A DNA stretch of 62,054 nucleotides, filler included. It is 6 parts of 6 records of this genome, joined end to end, with 100 filler letters (N's around TTAATTAATTAA, not from the genome) between each part and the next. Parts side by side here need not be neighbours in the genome. Positions count along the whole stretch, not along the records: positions 15,697 to 22,221 come from DRR723986_20084; positions 22,322 to 33,445 come from DRR723986_20096; 4 more parts are not named here. One strand, 5' to 3'. Numbering within the stretch: position 1 is the first letter of the stretch; each line of letters starts with the position of its first letter. A model generated the notes under the pieces. The model was not told the origin of the DNA, did no database searches, and was given only the letters and a program-made list of their open reading frames with translations. Below, piece by piece: positions 19,891 through 30,346 of this stretch. The translations under genes were made by a program, and so were the position numbers.

Positions 19891-20295
19891 TGAGTTTTCC
19901 GTTAAGTTTTCCGGAGCATTCGGGGCGTACTTTTACCTCCACAAAGGCTTATGCAGGGCGGCGCAGCGATACACAAAACGAGTTCCCTGGCTTCGATTGT
20001 ATCTACCGCAGCTCAAAAATACGATTATAGCACGACATATTGGCCATCCGGCGCGTGCGACCCGGAAATTGGCGCTTTGGCAGAAATGCAGATACGCTGG
20101 GTACTGACTTTACGGACTTCGCGGATTCGCAGCAGCGCCCCGCAGCGCCAGGTGATGTTGGGCAGCGTGACGCGCGCGACGGGTTATAGTATTGAGATTG
20201 TGTAAGTTGTGCCAACGAGCAATGCTAATCCGTTTCTGGTGATTCTTACATCCGAGGTATGACGGGCGGATCTGCAGGGACAAGGAATACTACTT

Positions 20296-21726
20296 ATGAA
20301 TACATTAACATCTTTTGTGCGTAAGGTGATGGTTCCCACGGGAATCCTGTTTTGTTTAATGATTGCCTGTTCCGACTCGGTGGGCAGTGAGACTGATGAC
20401 TCACTGGATTTGCGTTTAACGCGCATCCCGGCAACACAACAGCGCAGCGGCGACGCCGAGCGCGGCTTCGACTACCTTGTTAAGGGCGACTACTTAAACA
20501 GCGGTGTGCCCTACGACATTTTTATCCAGGCCATGGGCAGCAACACCGAAAATGCACTGGGGCGCGAGGGAGACAACGCCACACTGCCGCATTATTCGAC
20601 TGCTGTAGACGCACCAAACGGCAGTCGCGTAGTAACACAAAACTGCCTGTTATGCCATGCCGAACGATTAAACGGCGAGCTAATAGTTGGCTTGGGCAAC
20701 AACACACGCGACTTCACGGTTGACAATTCACAGATATTCAACCTGTTAACATTTTTTGTGGAGAGCACTTATCCGCAGGGCACTCCCGAACGCGAGGACT
20801 TTGAATCGTACCGCCGTTCAGGTGTTACAACCGGGCCACACATAAGAACCAAGGTGGTGGGCACAAATCCTGCCGATAAGTTAACATTTGTATTGGCGGC
20901 GCATCGCGATCCAACAACGCTGGAGTGGCGCGATGTAGCCGACCCGCCGCTGCCGCCTGAAGATGAAATCATTCCGAGCGACGTGCCGGCATGGTGGCTC
21001 CTGAAACACAAAAATGCAATGTTTTACAGTGGTATCGGCCGCGGGAGTTTTGCGCGTCTGTTAATGGCCGCCAGCATCCTGACTCTCAGCGACAGCACGG
21101 AGGCACGACAGATTGACGATAAATTTGGCGACGTACTTGCGTTTATCAATTCGATTGAGGCCCCAAAGTATCCGAATGCGGTCAACGATGAATTGGCGGA
21201 GCGCGGCCGCACGTTATTTAACAAGAACTGCAGCGACTGCCACGGCACCTATGACGGCGAAGTTAACTACCCGAATGTCGTTGTCCCCCTCGACATTATT
21301 GACACCGACCCGATGTTAACTGAGAGTTATTCCGGCCTATGGTCGGCACATGTACAGCGCTTTAATGAGTCCTGGTTTGCCGACGGCAGTTTTTCCGCCA
21401 AAATCGAAGCCACCGATGGTTATGTTGCGCCACCACTTGTTGGCGTTTGGGCCACAGCGCCTTACCTGCACAATGGCTCGGTTCCGACTCTGGAGGACCT
21501 ACTTAACAGCGAGCAGCGTCCGGCGGCCTGGCAGCGATCGTTTAACAACAGCGACTTCGACCATGTTAAAGTTGGCTGGAATTACACAACACGCAACAGC
21601 GGCTCCGGCGACGTGCAGGTCTATGACAGCGCACTGCCGGGACATGGCAATGGCGGGCATCGTTTTGGCGACAAGTTAACTACCGACGAACGCAGCGCCG
21701 TGATTGAGTATCTTAAGACTCTTTGA
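20296..21726 (+). CDS. Dihaem c-type cytochrome lipoprotein, RoxA/MauG-like superfamily
   Basis: Lipobox LMIAC; two CxxCH motifs (CLLCH, CSDCH); GYVAPPLVGVWATAPYLHNGSVPTL; GHGNGGH.FGD...IEYLKTL end. Confidence 0.8.
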   Translation: MNTLTSFVRKVMVPTGILFCLMIACSDSVGSETDDSLDLRLTRIPATQQRSGDAERGFDYLVKGDYLNSGVPYDIFIQAMGSNTENALGREGDNATLPHYSTAVDAPNGSRVVTQNCLLCHAERLNGELIVGLGNNTRDFTVDNSQIFNLLTFFVESTYPQGTPEREDFESYRRSGVTTGPHIRTKVVGTNPADKLTFVLAAHRDPTTLEWRDVADPPLPPEDEIIPSDVPAWWLLKHKNAMFYSGIGRGSFARLLMAASILTLSDSTEARQIDDKFGDVLAFINSIEAPKYPNAVNDELAERGRTLFNKNCSDCHGTYDGEVNYPNVVVPLDIIDTDPMLTESYSGLWSAHVQRFNESWFADGSFSAKIEATDGYVAPPLVGVWATAPYLHNGSVPTLEDLLNSEQRPAAWQRSFNNSDFDHVKVGWNYTTRNSGSGDVQVYDSALPGHGNGGHRFGDKLTTDERSAVIEYLKTL

Positions 21727-21822
21727 CACCTTTTCCAATTCTGCCTACTCACAGGGTTCATAACTCACGGGATCAACGACTTGTAGTCTGACGTCACATT
21801 TGGATGTAATGCATCTACTGAT

Positions 21823-21880
21823 GGCTTGAGGCGCTGCGCCCCTTTTTCAAAGTGGCTTACTTTTTTCTTTTTGTTTGTCG
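21823..21880 (+). repeat. Dispersed repeat family, copy D
   Basis: GGCTTGAGGCGCTGCGCC...GTGGCTTACTTTTTTCTTTTTGTT aligns with the reverse complement of copy E. Confidence 0.65.
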
Positions 21881-22321
21881 CCGGGCCAGAAGCTACCGGC
21901 AGTTGGGGCTAACTTAAGTCCCTGGAGTGACCGAAATGACGAGCCGGCCCTCGCAGCTCCAAACCGTTTATTGCGGATTACTGCCCGTTTGATCATGGTA
22001 GAAGTAACGTTCGCGTTTTTGGGCATGGCAGTTTCCGCAGATGATGTTAAGCTTGTAGTTGACGGCCGTGAAGTCGACTGCGCGCCGTCCTTGCGTTCGG
22101 ATACATGTACAACACAACCTGTTTTTTTTCAGGGTGGGTGGAATGTGAACTGGAGGCTGTTATTACACCGAGGAGGAGGAGGGGCGGACCCGGGGCCGGC
22201 GAGCGGCGGACCCCTTGATCANNNNNNNNNNNNNNNNNNNNNNNNNNNNNNNNNNNNNNNNNNNNTTAATTAATTAANNNNNNNNNNNNNNNNNNNNNNN
22301 NNNNNNNNNNNNNNNNNNNNN

Positions 22322-24386
22322 ACGGCTCTTCAGTTGGTGCGGCGGCTGGAGACTCGGCGGCGGCCGGCTCTTCTGTTGGTGCGGCGGCTTCCGGCTGCAC
22401 TTCTTCAGAGTGACTGGCTTCCGGTTCAACTGCTTCCAGTTCGTGAACTTCCGGCTCAGGTTCTTCAACTGAAGGTTTTTCAACTGAAGGTTCAACGGAT
22501 TCTGGTTCGTTGACCGATCGTTCGGTTACTTCAGGTTCTGCGGCTGGCTGTTCAACTGCTTCCGGCTGAATGGATTCCGGATCGGTTGCTGGTTCAGAAA
22601 AAGACTCTGCGCCCGGCGAATCAACTGCATCTAAATCGTTTACTAACAAAGGAAACTCTGAAGAGGAAGCGCTAAGTGCTTTTTTATCAACAGTTTGCGG
22701 CACGGCATCAAAGTCAGGATCTGCCAGATACGTTTGAGCATATGTGCTTACGGCAGTTTCGCTCCACCCCACCGTTTCAGCCGAATCGGTACCTGTGTAA
22801 TGCACCGCAAGTGCCTCGCCGTCAGCAAAATGTGCAGCCAAAGCCGCGCGACATTCTGCTCTGTCAAGCCCTTCAAACAGGACCGGGGCCGGCTCATCCT
22901 CGTTTCCAACTTGTGTGTTGTCTGTCTGGCCTGTACTTGCCGTCTCACTCGCGGATTCTTTAACAGCGTCCTGAGCCTGCGCAGCACTATCATCTGATTG
23001 GATGGAATCAGCAGCCTTGGATTCGCTGCTTCCTGCGGATTCGCTTGGGTCTATTTCTACGGATGAACTCTGCAAATCCATCTTGTTAGTCACCGCACTG
23101 GAAGCATCTGCGCCCAAATCCTGTGAGTCTTTTTCGGCGTCAGCCGCTGAGTTTTCCAGCGACAATTCCGTCGGGGAGGCCTCAGCCGCTTGCGCCGCGT
23201 CAATCTCCTGAGACTCCAGTTGGTCAGCCGCATCTGCGCGCGCATTCACATCAACAGATTCGTTTTCGGAACTGCCAGGCGTCGAATCAGGAATTACTTC
23301 GGTTTGGTCAGCCCCAGACTCAGCCCCAGGCTGAGCTGCTGCCCCCTGCGCCTGCTCACGCATGGCGTCGCTTAAACTAAAGACATTGGCGTTCTCACTG
23401 TCGGAGGCCGCCCCCGCTGTATCGGGTACTGAATCGGCTGCCGTATTGGCCTCATCCTCTTCACCTTCAAAGGAAGCGCTGACAACGTATTCGTCGACTC
23501 CGTCATCCGCAAAATTGCTCTCCTCCAGCTCGGATTCGGCAGCAAAATCGCGGCTCAGTTCCGTCTGCCGTTCAAGGGTCATGGCATCAGGATCTTCTTC
23601 CACCTCATGCAGCACATCTTCGATAACCCGCAGAAAGTCGGACTTGTGGATGAAGTGCAGCTCTTCGGTGCGAATGCGCTTCTCCAGCTCCTGGGAAATT
23701 CGGAAAACGCCTTTGTCATCCAGAAAAACGATCAGGGCCGGAGTGGGAATGCCTTTCTGCGGCGTTTCACTATCGACTTCAGCAAAAAACTCAAAAATGG
23801 GGTCGAGAAGCCCGGCAAATTCATTCGTTGAATAGTCCAGGATTTCGTCGTTATCTATCGTCTCCAGCGCACGTTCAAATTCCACGACGGAGAGCAGATC
23901 CATGCCTGCCTCATCCACGCGGCGCGCAGCGGCCCACTTGCGAAAGCCATCAATCAGATAGGGATAGGCATTAAAATAGGCCATGCGCAGCAACACTTCG
24001 CGCAGCGGCTTGGTGGGCTCACCACGGAAGACAAACCACTTGAGGGTTGTGCGTGGACGCAGCAGGTAGTTGATGCGCGTCTTTACGGCCAGGTCCAGGA
24101 CACTCTTTAAGTCATGCGCATCAAAGCGTGCTTCGTGGCGACTAATGTTGTCCATCGAGTCAAACAGCCCGGCAAATTCATTGCTTGCATAGTTAAATCG
24201 TGGATTGCCGACGCGCAGCATGCGCTGCTCCAACAACCACCATTCAACCTCCGCAGCAAAAAATGCGGTATAAAAAGGGTGAACTGCTTCCTGCGCACAA
24301 AGGTCACGCAGATAGACATATTGCTGTCCCGTGTGAACATGCTCTAACAGTTCTGTTTTAGCGGCTTTGATCTGATTTTCGAACAT
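22322..24386 (-). CDS. Hypothetical protein: ~260-aa globular N-terminus, then a long acidic low-complexity region; 3'-truncated
   Basis: Open frame of about 690 codons downstream of radA; E/D/S/A/P-rich tail with VEKPS/VEEPE and AAAPTEEP repeats at the contig break. Confidence 0.8.
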
Positions 24387-24519
24387 ATAACCGGAATTAA
24401 CGTGAGGCTAGCGCATCGAATTCGGAGTTCCTGCAGGGGCGGAAGATAGCAAATTTTTGCGAGGCAATCGATCTCGTCAGCCGGCAGCGAGCAGCGCAGC
24501 CGGCATGTAAACGGGCCAT

Positions 24520-25905
24520 CTACTTCTTTCCGCCGCCAAACAGGTCAGTCAGGGCCATCACCACACGGTCAACCCCAACGATCTTTAAGCCCTTTTTCAG
24601 TTCTTCGGGGACGGGCAGGCGCTTCGCTCCGTTTTTGGGCACAATTGAACGTTTGAATCCCAGTTTGGCTGACTCACGCACACGGGCCTCCAGATGTGTT
24701 ACCGAGCGAACTTCACCGGTCAGACCTAGTTCGCCGATCAGGACTGTCGCCGGCGGCAGCGGCACATCGCGATAGGACGAAACGATGGCGGCAGCAATCC
24801 CCAGGTCCACGGCCGGATCATTGAGGCGCAAACCACCGGCCACATTTACGAAAACATCACGCTCGCCCAGCGTCAGGCCCATGCGTTTTTCCAGAATTGC
24901 CAATATCATCTGCAGGCGCTTGGAATCAAAACCCGTGGTACCGCGCTGTGGGGTTCCGTATCCGCTTCGTGCTACCAGAGCCTGCACTTCAATCAGCAGC
25001 GGCCGCGCACCTTCCATTGCCGCTACAACGGCCGTGCCGGATTCGGGTTCGTCGCGATTTCCAAGAAACAACAGTGAGGGGTTGCTGACTTCGCGCATGC
25101 CGTCGGCAGTCATCTCAAACACGCCAATTTCGTTGGTTGAGCCAAAGCGATTTTTGGCTGCGCGCACAATTCGGTGTGCGTAGACCTGTTCGCCTTCAAA
25201 CTGCAGGACTGTATCAACCATATGCTCCAGCACTTTGGGGCCGGCGATCATGCCGTCCTTGGTAACGTGGCCAACCAGAAAGATGCTGAAGCCGCGATCC
25301 TTGGCTGCGCGCATCAGCAGGGCCGCACATTCGCGCACTTGTGCCACACTTCCCGGAGCAGAATCCAGATCATCGCGGTGCATCGTCTGGATAGAATCAA
25401 TTACCATGATTCCGGAGCCCTGTGCGGCGGCGGCTTCTACAATTTCTTCCACATTGGTGGCGGCCAGCAGCTTAAGGTCCAGCGGCGGCTCCGGCAGGCG
25501 CGCAGCGCGGTGCCGAATTTGCAGCAGGGACTCCTCACCGCTTACATATAATGCATCCGGCAGGTGGCTACACATTTGCAGCATCAGCGTGGACTTACCG
25601 ATACCCGGATCGCCGCCGATCAGGACCAGGGAACCGGGAACGATTCCGCCGCCGAGGACTCTGTCCAACTCCACAATTCCAGTCTTGCGGCGGTCTTCGT
25701 CCGTCCACTCAACATCTCCCAGCCGCACGACTTCGGCCTTGCCGCCTGTGGGTGCAGTGCTGCGGCGCTTGGAAGAACCGCTCAGGCCGCGCATCTCTAC
25801 CAAGGTGTTCCAGGCATTGCAGGAAGAGCACTGCCCGGCCCAACGCGGCGAATCCGCTCCACAGGAATTGCACACATATACAGTCTTTTTTTTGCTGGTC
25901 GCCAT
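24520..25905 (-). CDS. radA: DNA repair protein RadA/Sms
   Basis: C4 zinc finger CNSC..CSSC, GDPGIGKST, DSIQT, KNRFG, Lon-like C-terminus. Confidence 0.97.
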   Translation of the reverse strand: MATSKKKTVYVCNSCGADSPRWAGQCSSCNAWNTLVEMRGLSGSSKRRSTAPTGGKAEVVRLGDVEWTDEDRRKTGIVELDRVLGGGIVPGSLVLIGGDPGIGKSTLMLQMCSHLPDALYVSGEESLLQIRHRAARLPEPPLDLKLLAATNVEEIVEAAAAQGSGIMVIDSIQTMHRDDLDSAPGSVAQVRECAALLMRAAKDRGFSIFLVGHVTKDGMIAGPKVLEHMVDTVLQFEGEQVYAHRIVRAAKNRFGSTNEIGVFEMTADGMREVSNPSLLFLGNRDEPESGTAVVAAMEGARPLLIEVQALVARSGYGTPQRGTTGFDSKRLQMILAILEKRMGLTLGERDVFVNVAGGLRLNDPAVDLGIAAAIVSSYRDVPLPPATVLIGELGLTGEVRSVTHLEARVRESAKLGFKRSIVPKNGAKRLPVPEELKKGLKIVGVDRVVMALTDLFGGGKK

Positions 25906-26146
25906 CGTTTTCCCCTTCTAAACTATTTGCGGCAGTCCGGTTTTGCAGGCATCAACCTACTCGCCGAAATCCGCCTTCAACTCTGCCCAGGTTGCTTTTT
26001 TGAGCGATCAACAAGTGCGGCATAGTTCTGCAGCCGAGCGCTAAACAGGACTAATACACGATTCCTCGCTGTTGTCCATAGGATTTTGCGTATTTTGACG
26101 GTGGTTTTTCCGATTTAACAGGTTCCGAAAAAAGTCCGACTGTTCT

Positions 26147-26644
26147 ATGCTGACGGTAAATTACGAAGAGCTTACGAAAGAGTGTCGCGCGCTGCTAGGC
26201 GAGGAACGCGATGTGTTGGTAAACAGTGCCAATTTTGCTGCACATGTCTACCACAATTTGCCGCAAATCAATTGGGCCGGCTTTTACTTTCACGATGGCC
26301 AGGAGTTAGTCCTTGGGCCATTCCAGGGCAAGCCCGCCTGCACGCGTATTGCTGTTGGCAAAGGCGTATGTGGCAGTGCTTTTGAGCAGGCACAAACGAT
26401 TCTCGTCGATGATGTCCACAGCTTTGAGGGTCATATCGCCTGTGACCCGGCGTCGCGCTCAGAAATTGTAGTGCCCCTGCTTGCACAAAATTGCAGCTGG
26501 GGTGTCTTTGATATAGATGCACCGCATGTAGGCAGATTTTCTGAAGCCGACAGGTGCGGTATCGAAAGTCTGGTGCGCGTTTTTATTGACTGCACTGATC
26601 TACGTTCGCTATTCCCGGCGAATATTCCAGCTGAATTATCCTAA
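26147..26644 (+). CDS. msrC: GAF-domain free methionine-R-sulfoxide reductase (MsrC/YebR family)
   Basis: NWAGFY, LGPFQGKPAC, GKGVCG, HIACD, SRSEIVVP, DID. Confidence 0.88.
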   Translation: MLTVNYEELTKECRALLGEERDVLVNSANFAAHVYHNLPQINWAGFYFHDGQELVLGPFQGKPACTRIAVGKGVCGSAFEQAQTILVDDVHSFEGHIACDPASRSEIVVPLLAQNCSWGVFDIDAPHVGRFSEADRCGIESLVRVFIDCTDLRSLFPANIPAELS

Positions 26645-26662
26645 AGCATTAGAGGAATAAAC

Positions 26663-27604
26663 ATGTATACACTGCGATTACTTTTTTGCCTTGTGGCCCT
26701 CTCGTTTCTACCAATTGCCGCACAGGCACAAATTTTTGAAACCTACGTAGCTCGTGAACCAGTTTCAGATGTACTTGCGCAAGCTGCAGAGTCAATGTCA
26801 TCGCCGCAAATCTTTGCCGTGGCAACAGCCGACTTTGAAACGGATGGCGGCGATTTACCAGTCCCCATCAGTTCCGTGTTTAATTTTCAAACCGGCGAGG
26901 CTACAGGGTGGCTTTATGTTGTCCGCGACGCCGACAACACGACAACAACGAGCCAGTTTCTGGTGGCCAAGTTTCCAATTTTTGGTTTTACGATTTTGAA
27001 TGCCGCCGACTTTGACATTCCAATTCCTGCCGAATTTTTTGATAACATCACCGATGCGCTCGATCCAAACTGGATGGACAGTGATGTTATGGCAAACACA
27101 CTACGCGCGCACGCCCCAGTCCAAAGTTTTCTGATGGAGAATCCAGGGCTCAAGCCTACGGTTCTTGGCATTTGGAAAGACGCTCTGCTGGAAAACACCT
27201 CAGCCTGGACCGTTTTCATTGGTGAATTTGGCGGTGGTTTTGAACTGCCCGAGGATCAACCGGGCATGATCTGCCAGGTAAATGCATTAAATGGCGACAC
27301 TCAATGCCTTGACGATCCGATTTCCACCAGCGTTGCCGAAAACGATGCGGCATCAGCTGCCACGATTGCGCCTAACCCAGCCGAAGATTTTGTTAATGTT
27401 TATCTGGCGCCTGGCGTTGAGGCCAGCGCAGACAGAATTGATGTCCGCGATATTAATGGTCGTAGCGTTTACACAGAGCGCTTGCGCGGCGGCAATACGT
27501 ATATCCCTTTGGAGATTAATCGACTGGCAGCAGGCGTTTACACCGTTCAGGTTCTTGACGCCGCCGGTCACGTAGTGGCACACTCTATGATGGTGCGCCG
27601 GTAA
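26663..27604 (+). CDS. Secreted protein with T9SS type A sorting domain
   Basis: Signal peptide ending AQA-Q; C-terminal IAPNPAEDFVNV...DINGRSV...LAAGVYTVQV. Confidence 0.85.
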   Translation: MYTLRLLFCLVALSFLPIAAQAQIFETYVAREPVSDVLAQAAESMSSPQIFAVATADFETDGGDLPVPISSVFNFQTGEATGWLYVVRDADNTTTTSQFLVAKFPIFGFTILNAADFDIPIPAEFFDNITDALDPNWMDSDVMANTLRAHAPVQSFLMENPGLKPTVLGIWKDALLENTSAWTVFIGEFGGGFELPEDQPGMICQVNALNGDTQCLDDPISTSVAENDAASAATIAPNPAEDFVNVYLAPGVEASADRIDVRDINGRSVYTERLRGGNTYIPLEINRLAAGVYTVQVLDAAGHVVAHSMMVRR

Positions 27605-27669
27605 AGAACTCGGTACATAATGTTCCAGAATAATTTCTCGTTCATTTTTAGGTGAAAGCAAAGAAGCAC

Positions 27670-28998
27670 ATGTATTCATCCGTTCAACAACAGGATCCGG
27701 AGCTCCACGCAGCCCTGGTTAATGAAGCTTCACGCCAGCGTCACAAGCTGGAGTTGATTGCGAGTGAAAATTACGTTTCCCAGGCAGTACTTGAAGCGCA
27801 GGGTTCAATTCTGACCAACAAGTATGCTGAGGGTTATCCAGGTAAACGCTACTACGGCGGTTGTGAGTACGTAGATGTGGCCGAAGAACTGGCACGCGAA
27901 CGCGTTAAACAGCTCTTTGGTGCCGAGTACGCCAACGTGCAGCCGCACAGTGGCTCAGGCGCTAATATGGCCGTGTACTTCACCTATCTGGAGGCCGGCG
28001 ACACAGTACTGGGCATGGACCTCTCACAAGGTGGCCACCTGACGCATGGCTCACCCGTGAACTTTTCCGGCCGCATGTACAACTTTGTTCCCTATGGCAT
28101 TGATCGCGATACGGGACTGATTGACTATGACGTCGTTGCCGACATGGCCCGTAAACACAAGCCAAAAATGATCACGGTCGGGGCTTCAGCCTACTCGCGC
28201 ACGATTGACTATGAAATATTCCGTCAGATTGCCGACCAATGCGGTGCGTTTTTGTTTGCAGATATAGCGCATCCTGCCGGCTTGATCGCCAAGGGACACC
28301 TGGGCTCACCAGTCGAATTTTGTGATGTTGTATGCTCTACCACACACAAAACACTGCGCGGTCCACGTGGTGGAGTGATTCTGATTGGCAAAGACGTCGA
28401 AAATCCTTTTGGCAAAGTTGCCCCCAAGTCTGGTCGCACCAAGATGATGAGTGAGTTGTTAGACTCAATGGTCATGCCCGGCATTCAGGGTGGCCCACTC
28501 ATGCATGCGATAGCTGCAAAAGCCGTCGCCTTTAAGGAGGCACTCAGCGATCAGTTTGGAGACTATACCGGTCAAGTGATTAGCAATGCCCAGAGTCTCG
28601 CCGATGCCCTCCTGGCTAAAGACTACAACATCATTAGCGGCGGCACGGAAAATCACTTGATGCTGATTGACTTGCGCAACAAAGGACTGAGCGGTAAAAA
28701 GGCCGAAAATGCCCTGGATCGCGCCGGAATCACCGTCAATAAAAACTCCGTACCGTTTGATGACAAGTCGCCACTTGTCACATCCGGTATCAGAATTGGC
28801 GCCGCAGCCGTTACTACGCGCGGCATGCGGAACGAACATATGACGCAAATCGCTGAATTAATTGACAGGGTGATCAGTGCTCCTGATGACCAAGCTATCA
28901 GTGAATCGGTCAAAAATGACGTTAGCAACTTGTGCAGCCCCTTCCCTATCCATGCTCCCTCAATTGGGCATTTGGAGACCGCAGCCAGAGTAGACTAA
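27670..28998 (+). CDS. glyA: Serine hydroxymethyltransferase
   Basis: [33 protein letters not shown]-Lys [19 protein letters not shown]. Confidence 0.98.
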   Translation: MYSSVQQQDPELHAALVNEASRQRHKLELIASENYVSQAVLEAQGSILTNKYAEGYPGKRYYGGCEYVDVAEELARERVKQLFGAEYANVQPHSGSGANMAVYFTYLEAGDTVLGMDLSQGGHLTHGSPVNFSGRMYNFVPYGIDRDTGLIDYDVVADMARKHKPKMITVGASAYSRTIDYEIFRQIADQCGAFLFADIAHPAGLIAKGHLGSPVEFCDVVCSTTHKTLRGPRGGVILIGKDVENPFGKVAPKSGRTKMMSELLDSMVMPGIQGGPLMHAIAAKAVAFKEALSDQFGDYTGQVISNAQSLADALLAKDYNIISGGTENHLMLIDLRNKGLSGKKAENALDRAGITVNKNSVPFDDKSPLVTSGIRIGAAAVTTRGMRNEHMTQIAELIDRVISAPDDQAISESVKNDVSNLCSPFPIHAPSIGHLETAARVD

Positions 28999-29030
28999 GT
29001 GCTGAACTGTGATGACCTTGATTGTATCCA

Positions 29031-29064
29031 ATCCCCGGTGCTTGTTGCCCGGGGATTTTTTTTT
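29031..29064 (+). terminator. Rho-independent terminator of glyA
   Basis: ATCCCCGG...CCGGGGAT followed by a T-run. Confidence 0.85.
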
Positions 29065-29250
29065 GCCAAACGTAACCCCTACATAAGCCCAATTATTTGC
29101 ATGCTACTTTTTCGTAACGTTTGCACCAACAGATCTCGCAAATTTCAGATTTTGTTTTTGCAGATGAAGGTAATTCTACAAATTAGTCATGCGCATCTAG
29201 AAAAATCTAGTGCGTGTAACCCTGTTCTTCCAATAAAATCTCCGAACTGA

Positions 29251-29503
29251 TGCATTACTCATGCAGCAGTTGACCAGGCGGGTAACTAGCTTGGGAGCCG
29301 GATGCGAGCTACGCAGAATTCACGCAAACCACGATCCGGTGTTACCCGTTCTCAAAGTAGTCAACACTGTATGTCACTGCAACAATACTGAGAAATGGCA
29401 GTATCCACTGCAAGGTTAATGAACTTAAGATTCCGCGCATTGAACTTGTAATGCCTAAAAACGCACTTCGCCGCGAACCAAGGTAAGCAGTTCATTCTGC
29501 CAT
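29251..29503 (+). ncRNA. Candidate structured ncRNA or 5' leader with two long stem domains; family not recognised
   Basis: Domain 1 pairs 29261-66/29367-72, 29269-74/29360-65, 29277-86/29341-50, 29297-303/29334-40. Domain 2 pairs 29395-401/29497-503, 29418-25/29489-96, 29437-42/29449-54. G-U pairs favour the + strand. Confidence 0.5.
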
Positions 29504-29632
29504 AACGCGCAAATCCATGCATTCTATAGGTTCATTGCTTTCATACCTTCAACGCTTACAGAACAAAAAGAAGCGAATTCATCATCGAAGAACAGCTTAT
29601 TAACCATTTACACTTTTTTGGAGGACTTCCTC

Positions 29633-29971
29633 ATGTTTAAGCTCCGTAATGTTAGCGGTAGTGTTGCCGCTGTACTTGTTCTAGTTTTGTCCGCTGCTGC
29701 TGTTGCATTTGCTGCTGTAACTGACCTGAATATTACAAATTCGACTGCCGAAGTTGTTCCGGTCACGATTCATTGTGAGTGTGGCTATCACAAGGAAGTA
29801 AGTGTTGAGGCATTTTCATCGACAGTTGAACAGATGCCTTCACAAGTCACTTCGCTTTGGATCAATGGTACGTCTGTTCACGTTGGTGAGATAAAATACA
29901 TCCAGCTGGAAACTGGATCGATAGTTAAAGCAAGTTATATAGGCATTGACGACTTCAGTGTAGAACAATAA
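29633..29971 (+). CDS. Small secreted hypothetical protein (112 aa, ~85 aa mature) with HCECGYH motif
   Basis: GGAGG SD before ATG 29633; Sec signal ending AVAFA-A; own terminator downstream. Confidence 0.8.
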   Translation: MFKLRNVSGSVAAVLVLVLSAAAVAFAAVTDLNITNSTAEVVPVTIHCECGYHKEVSVEAFSSTVEQMPSQVTSLWINGTSVHVGEIKYIQLETGSIVKASYIGIDDFSVEQ

Positions 29972-30084
29972 GCCCAACAACATTTGTAGTGTTGGAGCGC
30001 TTCATTTGGACATCATTAGCTAGTAGACATTGAACTAGGTACATGAAATCCAAATTGTGACTCTAGGGATAGTCTTGCAAAAGT

Positions 30085-30122
30085 AAAGCAGTGAGGTAGA
30101 TTCTTTTATCTCACTGCTTTTT
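30085..30122 (+). terminator. Rho-independent terminator after the small secreted-protein gene
   Basis: AAAGCAGTGAGGTAGA-TTCT-TTTATCTCACTGCTTT plus TT. Confidence 0.8.
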
Positions 30123-30346
30123 GACTTTAAATCGCTGTCATTGTATTTTAACGACATGATTGATGTGGATGATCGCAATTTGGCGGCCTAGTATTGCACT
30201 CATGCTCCAGAGTTGTAACCTAAGCCATTTTATTGCGACAATCTCCAAACCCCGTTTGCTCTGTGATTTTGCTCCGGATTCGCCGCCGCACATAGAATTT
30301 GATTAATAATCGCTGCATTACAGATATTTCCAAAGGAATCTAAGGA

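Noticed and set aside
19891-20295. Possible cobalamin riboswitch upstream of the BtuH-like gene
   Set aside because: No GGGAA / ACTG / GCCACTG...GGGAAG B12-box pattern found on the minus strand.
21875-22221. ORF at the end of contig 3 on +, and a CGNCH haem-like motif in a short minus frame
   Set aside because: The + ORF begins inside repeat copy D, is truncated and has no recognisable homology; the CxxCH lies in a short frame without a convincing start.
29277-29345. Resemblance to twister (CCGGCTCCCAAGC on the minus strand), HDV-like ribozymes or c-di-GMP-I (ACGCAAA...GTTACC)
   Set aside because: The required helices (twister P4 closure, HDV P3/P1.1, GEMM tetraloop-receptor P2) cannot be formed; kept only as an unclassified RNA candidate.
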